From assembly GCA_041489155.1 (NCBI GenBank), contig JBGPQP010000021.1:1-11057 (forward strand): 11,057 bases of DNA, in the 5' to 3' direction. Of the stretch, positions 7,483-11,057 are shown one piece after another; the stretch's first letter is position 1; every line of letters starts with the position of its first letter. The DNA comes from Candidatus Aenigmatarchaeota archaeon. GTDB taxonomy: Archaea; Aenigmatarchaeota; Aenigmatarchaeia; QMZP01; QMZT01. The notes below the pieces were generated by a model, which did not search any database, was not told the origin of the DNA, and saw nothing but the letters and a program-made list of their open reading frames with translations. The translations under genes and the position numbers were made by a program.

Positions 7483-9531
7483 ATGTTCCCTGAGCCCATG
7501 ATGGTCGTGTTCGCCATAGGCATTTTCTCTCTTGTTGTCGCTGGCTATTTCACGAGGGACGTTCTCAGAAGGGACAAGGGCAGCCATGAGATGCAGAAGA
7601 TAGCCAAGGCGATACAAAAAGGATCGAACGCCTTCATCAAGAGGCAGTACAAGACCATCGCCATCTTTTCCATCATTTTGATGGCTCTCATATCAGGAGT
7701 CTATTTTCTCGTCGGCAAGCCTGATACCGCATTTTACACCGGCGTCTCGTTCATTTTCGGCGCTTTCTGCTCTGCGCTGGCAGGCATCATAGGCATGACC
7801 ATCGCCGTGCGCGCGAACCTCAGGATGGCCGCGACCGTCAAAAAGAGTTCGGGCGAGGCGGTCAAGGTCGCGATGAGGGGCGGAGCGGTCTCCGGCCTTG
7901 TAATAGTCACGATGTCGCTGCTCGGCGTCGCACTGATATATTATGTTCTGGGAGCGAACCCGCAGGAAACGCCCTTCACGATCGTCGGCTACGGCTTCGG
8001 CGCGAGCTTCGTCGCGCTTTTCGCGCAGCTGGGCGGAGGCATCTATACCAAGGGTGCGGACATAGGCGCTGACCTGGTTGGAAAGTTGGAAGCAGGCATC
8101 CCCGAGGACGACCCGAGAAACCCCGCAGTCATCGCGGATCTCGTCGGCGACAACGTAGGCGACTGCGCGGGAAGGGGAGCGGATCTTTTTGAATCGACTG
8201 CCGCGGAGAACATAGGAGCCATGATACTCGGCGTAGCGCTGTTCCCGTATTTCGGCCTGAACGGCATTCTCTTCCCCCTGGTTGCAAGGGCATTCGGCCT
8301 TATAGCGAGCATAGTCGGCATTTTCTCGGTGAGACCTAAAGACGCTGACGACCCGATGAAGGCGCTGAACAAGGGCTATTACGTCACACTCATACTGTCA
8401 GCGATATTCTTTTACTTCGTCACCATGTGGATGCTTAACAACGTGTGGTTCTTTTACGCAGGCCTTACCGGCATGGTGATGTCCATAGCGTTCATATACA
8501 TAACGCAATATTATACGGAGCACAAGTACAGGCCAGTGCAGCACATCGCGCGCTCATCCATCACCGGCCATGCCACCAACATCATAAGCGGCTTTGCCAT
8601 GGCGCTGGAATGCACCGCGCTTCCCGTCATCGCGATAGGCGCCTCCCTGATATTTTCATTCATGTGCGGCGTCTGGAGCGGCATTCCCAACGGCGGTTTG
8701 TACGGGACGGCGATTGCGACGATGGGCATGCTCGCGACGTGCGCGTACATCCTTTCGATGGACACGTTCGGCCCGATTGCCGACAATGCGGGCGGCATCA
8801 TCGAGATGTCCGGCGCTCCCACGGAGATCAGGAGCAAGATGGACAGGCTCGACGCAGTAGGCAACACGACCAAGGCGCTGACGAAGGGATATGCCATCGG
8901 CTCAGCCGCTCTTGCTGCGTTCCTGCTGTTCTCGGCCTACATGGACGACGTGGCGAAACTAACTGGCAGGGCGTTCACAGTCGTCAACATAGCGAATGTC
9001 ACAGTCTTCGTCGGCGCGATGCTCGGTGCGATGCTGATATTCCTGTTCTCATCCTTAGCGATGAACGCGGTAAGCAAGACCTCCCAGAAAATTATCGAAG
9101 AAGTCCGCCGCCAGTTCCAGGACAAGAGCATCCTTGCCGGCACGAAAGAGCCGGACTACGCGAAGTGCGTTGACATCACGACCAAGGGAGCGTTGAGGAA
9201 CATGGTGCTTCCGGGTCTCGTAGCCGTCGTCTTCCCGGTCGCGGTCGGCGCGCTGCTCAAATACGAGGCAATGGCAGCCTTCCTCATGGTCGGGACCATC
9301 GCAGGCATACTGATGGCGATTGTCATGAACAACGGCGGAGGCGCCTGGGACAACGCCAAGAAATTAATAGAATCAGGCCATCACGGGGGCAAGGGAAGCG
9401 ACGCGCACAAGGCCGCGATCGTCGGCGATACTGTAGGCGATCCCTTCAAGGACACGGTCGGGCCATCGCTCCACGTCTTAATCAAGCTGCTCTCGACCAT
9501 TACGCTGGTCCTCGCCCCTCTGTTCATATGA
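7483..9531 (+). CDS. hppA: Membrane-integral pyrophosphatase, K+-independent H+-translocating (AVP2/type II-like)
   Basis: Same catalytic motifs as the first copy. K+-independence signature GNTTKALTKG at 8860 onward. [24 protein letters not shown] and GPSLHVLIK resemble the AVP2-like clade. Strong SD upstream. Confidence 0.95.
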   Translation: MFPEPMMVVFAIGIFSLVVAGYFTRDVLRRDKGSHEMQKIAKAIQKGSNAFIKRQYKTIAIFSIILMALISGVYFLVGKPDTAFYTGVSFIFGAFCSALAGIIGMTIAVRANLRMAATVKKSSGEAVKVAMRGGAVSGLVIVTMSLLGVALIYYVLGANPQETPFTIVGYGFGASFVALFAQLGGGIYTKGADIGADLVGKLEAGIPEDDPRNPAVIADLVGDNVGDCAGRGADLFESTAAENIGAMILGVALFPYFGLNGILFPLVARAFGLIASIVGIFSVRPKDADDPMKALNKGYYVTLILSAIFFYFVTMWMLNNVWFFYAGLTGMVMSIAFIYITQYYTEHKYRPVQHIARSSITGHATNIISGFAMALECTALPVIAIGASLIFSFMCGVWSGIPNGGLYGTAIATMGMLATCAYILSMDTFGPIADNAGGIIEMSGAPTEIRSKMDRLDAVGNTTKALTKGYAIGSAALAAFLLFSAYMDDVAKLTGRAFTVVNIANVTVFVGAMLGAMLIFLFSSLAMNAVSKTSQKIIEEVRRQFQDKSILAGTKEPDYAKCVDITTKGALRNMVLPGLVAVVFPVAVGALLKYEAMAAFLMVGTIAGILMAIVMNNGGGAWDNAKKLIESGHHGGKGSDAHKAAIVGDTVGDPFKDTVGPSLHVLIKLLSTITLVLAPLFI

Positions 9532-9762
9532 GGCAGGCATTTTCATTTTGGAAACAACAACCCTCCAGAGTTCGTCACGTATAACAATTTCAGGGGACGC
9601 CTCTATTTCCTCAAAACCCAGATTGCCATCTTTCAAAACCTTGAAAGAGGGACAATATTTTTCTCTCCCCTTTCCGATCCTGACATATGCTCCGGCAGGC
9701 ACCAGTTTTCTGGCGAAGGCGTCTTTGTATTCCTGAGAGCCTCTTCCAAATATGACCGACAT
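9478..9762 (-). CDS. Hypothetical protein, 94 aa, overlapping the 3' end of the second hppA by 54 nt
   Basis: ATG at 9762 with TTATAAAA (9791-9784, minus) at leaderless spacing. Fills an otherwise empty low-GC gap. No family recognised. Confidence 0.5.
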   Translation of the reverse strand: MSVIFGRGSQEYKDAFARKLVPAGAYVRIGKGREKYCPSFKVLKDGNLGFEEIEASPEIVIRDELWRVVVSKMKMPASYEQRGEDQRNGREQLD

Positions 9763-9846
9763 GCTTTAGGCTTGGAAAAAAAGTTTTATAAGCGCATTTA
9801 ACGATGAACTGGTAGTAAACATTAGACCGAAAAAACCCTGCATCCT

Positions 9847-9860
9847 GAAATCTTTTTAAC
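9847..9860 (+). promoter_or_regulatory. BRE/TATA for leaderless mtnA
   Basis: GAAATC-TTTTTAAC ends 20 nt before ATG 9881. No SD visible. Confidence 0.5.
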
Positions 9861-9880
9861 CAGCCTTTTCAATTTTATTT

Positions 9881-10888
9881 ATGCTTGTCAACGGTAAGCC
9901 TTACCGCACCGTCTGGTTCGAGAAAAACAAGATCAGGATGATAAACCAGCTGCTTCTGCCTCACAAATTCGAGATCGCCAGCCTCGGCAGCGTCGAGGAG
10001 GTCGCGAAGGCGATAAAGACCATGGTCGTGCGCGGAGCGCCGGCGCTCGGCGCGACGGGCGCGTATGGCATGGCCCTCGCCGTCCTCAGGGGCAACAAAC
10101 CCGAACAAGCTGCCGAAAACCTCCGCAACACCAGACCGACCGCGCAGGACCTTTTCAGGGGTATAGATTACGTTATCGAGAGAACCAGCGGCAGCGGCAA
10201 AGATATGAAGGCTGCCGCCCTTAAAGCGGCTGAGGAGTATGCCAACAAATCAGCCGAGGCGTGCAAGATGATAGGCCAGATAGGCGCCGAGCTGATACGC
10301 GACCATGCCGTCATCCTCACCCACTGCAACGCAGGCTGGCTGGCCTGCGTGGACTGGGGGACGGCGCTCTCGCCCGTATACTTCGCCAAGCACCAGGGCA
10401 AGAACGTTTTCGTCTTCGCCGACGAGACGCGGCCGCGTCTACAAGGAGCGAAACTCACTTCATGGGAGCTTATGAACGAAGGGATAGAGCACGCGGTCAT
10501 CGCCGACAACGCCGCGGGGCATTACATGAGCGAGAGGGAAATCGACTTGGTGATAGTCGGTGCCGACCGCATCGCCAGGAACGGCGACTTCGCCAACAAG
10601 ATAGGCACGTATGAAAAAGCGGTCGTCGCGTACGAGAACAAGATTCCCTTCTATGTCGCTGCGCCGACGACGACAATCGATCCGTCGCGCGATAGCGGCA
10701 GCGACATCCCCATAGAAGAGCGCGAGGAGGACGAGGTCCATTTCATCGGGAACCAGCGCATCACGCCGAAGGGCGCGAAGGCGCGAAATCCGGCGTTCGA
10801 CGTCACGCCGGCGAAATTCATCTCAGGCATCATAACGGAAAAGGGTATCTTCAGGCCTGACGACATATCCCGCATATTCAGAAAATAA
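9881..10888 (+). CDS. mtnA: S-methyl-5-thioribose-1-phosphate isomerase (eIF-2B alpha-like family)
   Basis: NQLLLP, MVVRGAPALG, RPTA, LTHCNAG, DETRP, GADRI, NKIGTY and NPAFDVTP. Confidence 0.9.
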   Translation: MLVNGKPYRTVWFEKNKIRMINQLLLPHKFEIASLGSVEEVAKAIKTMVVRGAPALGATGAYGMALAVLRGNKPEQAAENLRNTRPTAQDLFRGIDYVIERTSGSGKDMKAAALKAAEEYANKSAEACKMIGQIGAELIRDHAVILTHCNAGWLACVDWGTALSPVYFAKHQGKNVFVFADETRPRLQGAKLTSWELMNEGIEHAVIADNAAGHYMSEREIDLVIVGADRIARNGDFANKIGTYEKAVVAYENKIPFYVAAPTTTIDPSRDSGSDIPIEEREEDEVHFIGNQRITPKGAKARNPAFDVTPAKFISGIITEKGIFRPDDISRIFRK

Positions 10889-10922
10889 CTTTTATATTCC
10901 CAAAACTGCCCCATCCGTAGCC

Positions 10923-10962
10923 GCAATCTTTAAATAGTTCTAATATATAACATATGTTATAT
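10923..10962 (+). promoter_or_regulatory. TATA box followed by a perfect 18-bp palindrome over the predicted TSS and start codon
   Basis: TTTAAATA at 10929-10936. ATATAACATATGTTATAT at 10945-10962. Confidence 0.7.
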
Positions 10963-11012
10963 GAAGAAACCGTATGTTCATAAAAAATACCAAATGTTAT
11001 ATTTAGAAACCG
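10954..11012 (+). repeat. Imperfect 19-bp direct repeat at 40-bp spacing, with a degenerate middle unit (20-bp period)
   Basis: ATGTTATATgaAGAAACCG (10954-10972) matches ATGTTATATttAGAAACCG (10994-11012) at 17/19. ATGTT also starts at 10974. Confidence 0.6.
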
Positions 11013-11057
11013 GAAGACAGAAAGTATGGGATACCTTATTTAGATATCCAGAAAAGG
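10961..11057 (+). CDS. 5' fragment of a gene running off the right edge; possibly an N-terminal HTH protein
   Basis: MKKPYVHKKYQMLYLETGRQKVWDTLFRYPEK is open to the edge, at leaderless distance from the TATA. The ending resembles the lead-in helix of archaeal wHTH(-nucleotidyltransferase) proteins, but this is an impression from only 32 codons. Confidence 0.55.
   Translation, partial: MKKPYVHKKYQMLYLETGRQKVWDTLFRYPEK

Noticed and set aside
4006..9359. Alternative-frame ORFs inside the permease and PPase genes (e.g. 4657-5265, 6488-7429, 8445-9173)
   Set aside because: They overlap well-supported genes and have Arg/His-rich shadow composition typical of GC-rich DNA.
5396..9531. Recent tandem duplication or assembly duplication of hppA
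   Set aside because: Synonymous positions differ even within identical peptide motifs, and the two genes carry different subfamily signatures.
9548..9736. Plus-strand 62-aa ORF
   Set aside because: TTG start with no SD or promoter; the opposite-strand ORF has an ATG and a well-placed TATA.
9881..10888. Ribose-1,5-bisphosphate isomerase or a translation factor eIF-2B subunit
   Set aside because: The N-terminal QLLLP extension and the RGAPA and THCNAG motifs fit MtnA better.
10954..11012. CRISPR array start
   Set aside because: Only two imperfect 19-bp copies with a 21-nt gap, lying in an open reading frame, and no cas genes in the window.

Overview
Archaeal chromosomal window. Archaeal TATA/BRE promoters, mostly leaderless starts and an Fcf1-type PIN gene support this; a DPANN-like host is only an impression. 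Left to right: (1) an smc gene on the minus strand that the ORF track misses because it runs off the left edge. It has complete head and hinge motifs, but its arms are about 355 aa shorter in total than B. subtilis Smc (predicted ~830 aa). (2) A divergent operon of a PIN-domain gene and a SerB-like HAD phosphatase. (3) A low-GC ORFan with a palindrome in its promoter. (4) An ArsB/NhaD-family permease, divergent from two tandem membrane pyrophosphatases of different subfamilies: K+-dependent GNTTAA (probable Na+ pump), then K+-independent AVP2-like GNTTKA (H+ pump). (5) A small antisense ORF overlapping the second PPase gene. (6) mtnA. (7) The start of an AT-rich gene under a perfect 18-bp palindrome. 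The best leads are the short-armed Smc, a compact ~60-nt three-way-junction RNA fold upstream of the Na+-type PPase, and the permease plus dual-PPase ion-gradient module. All calls come from reading motifs by eye; no searches were run.
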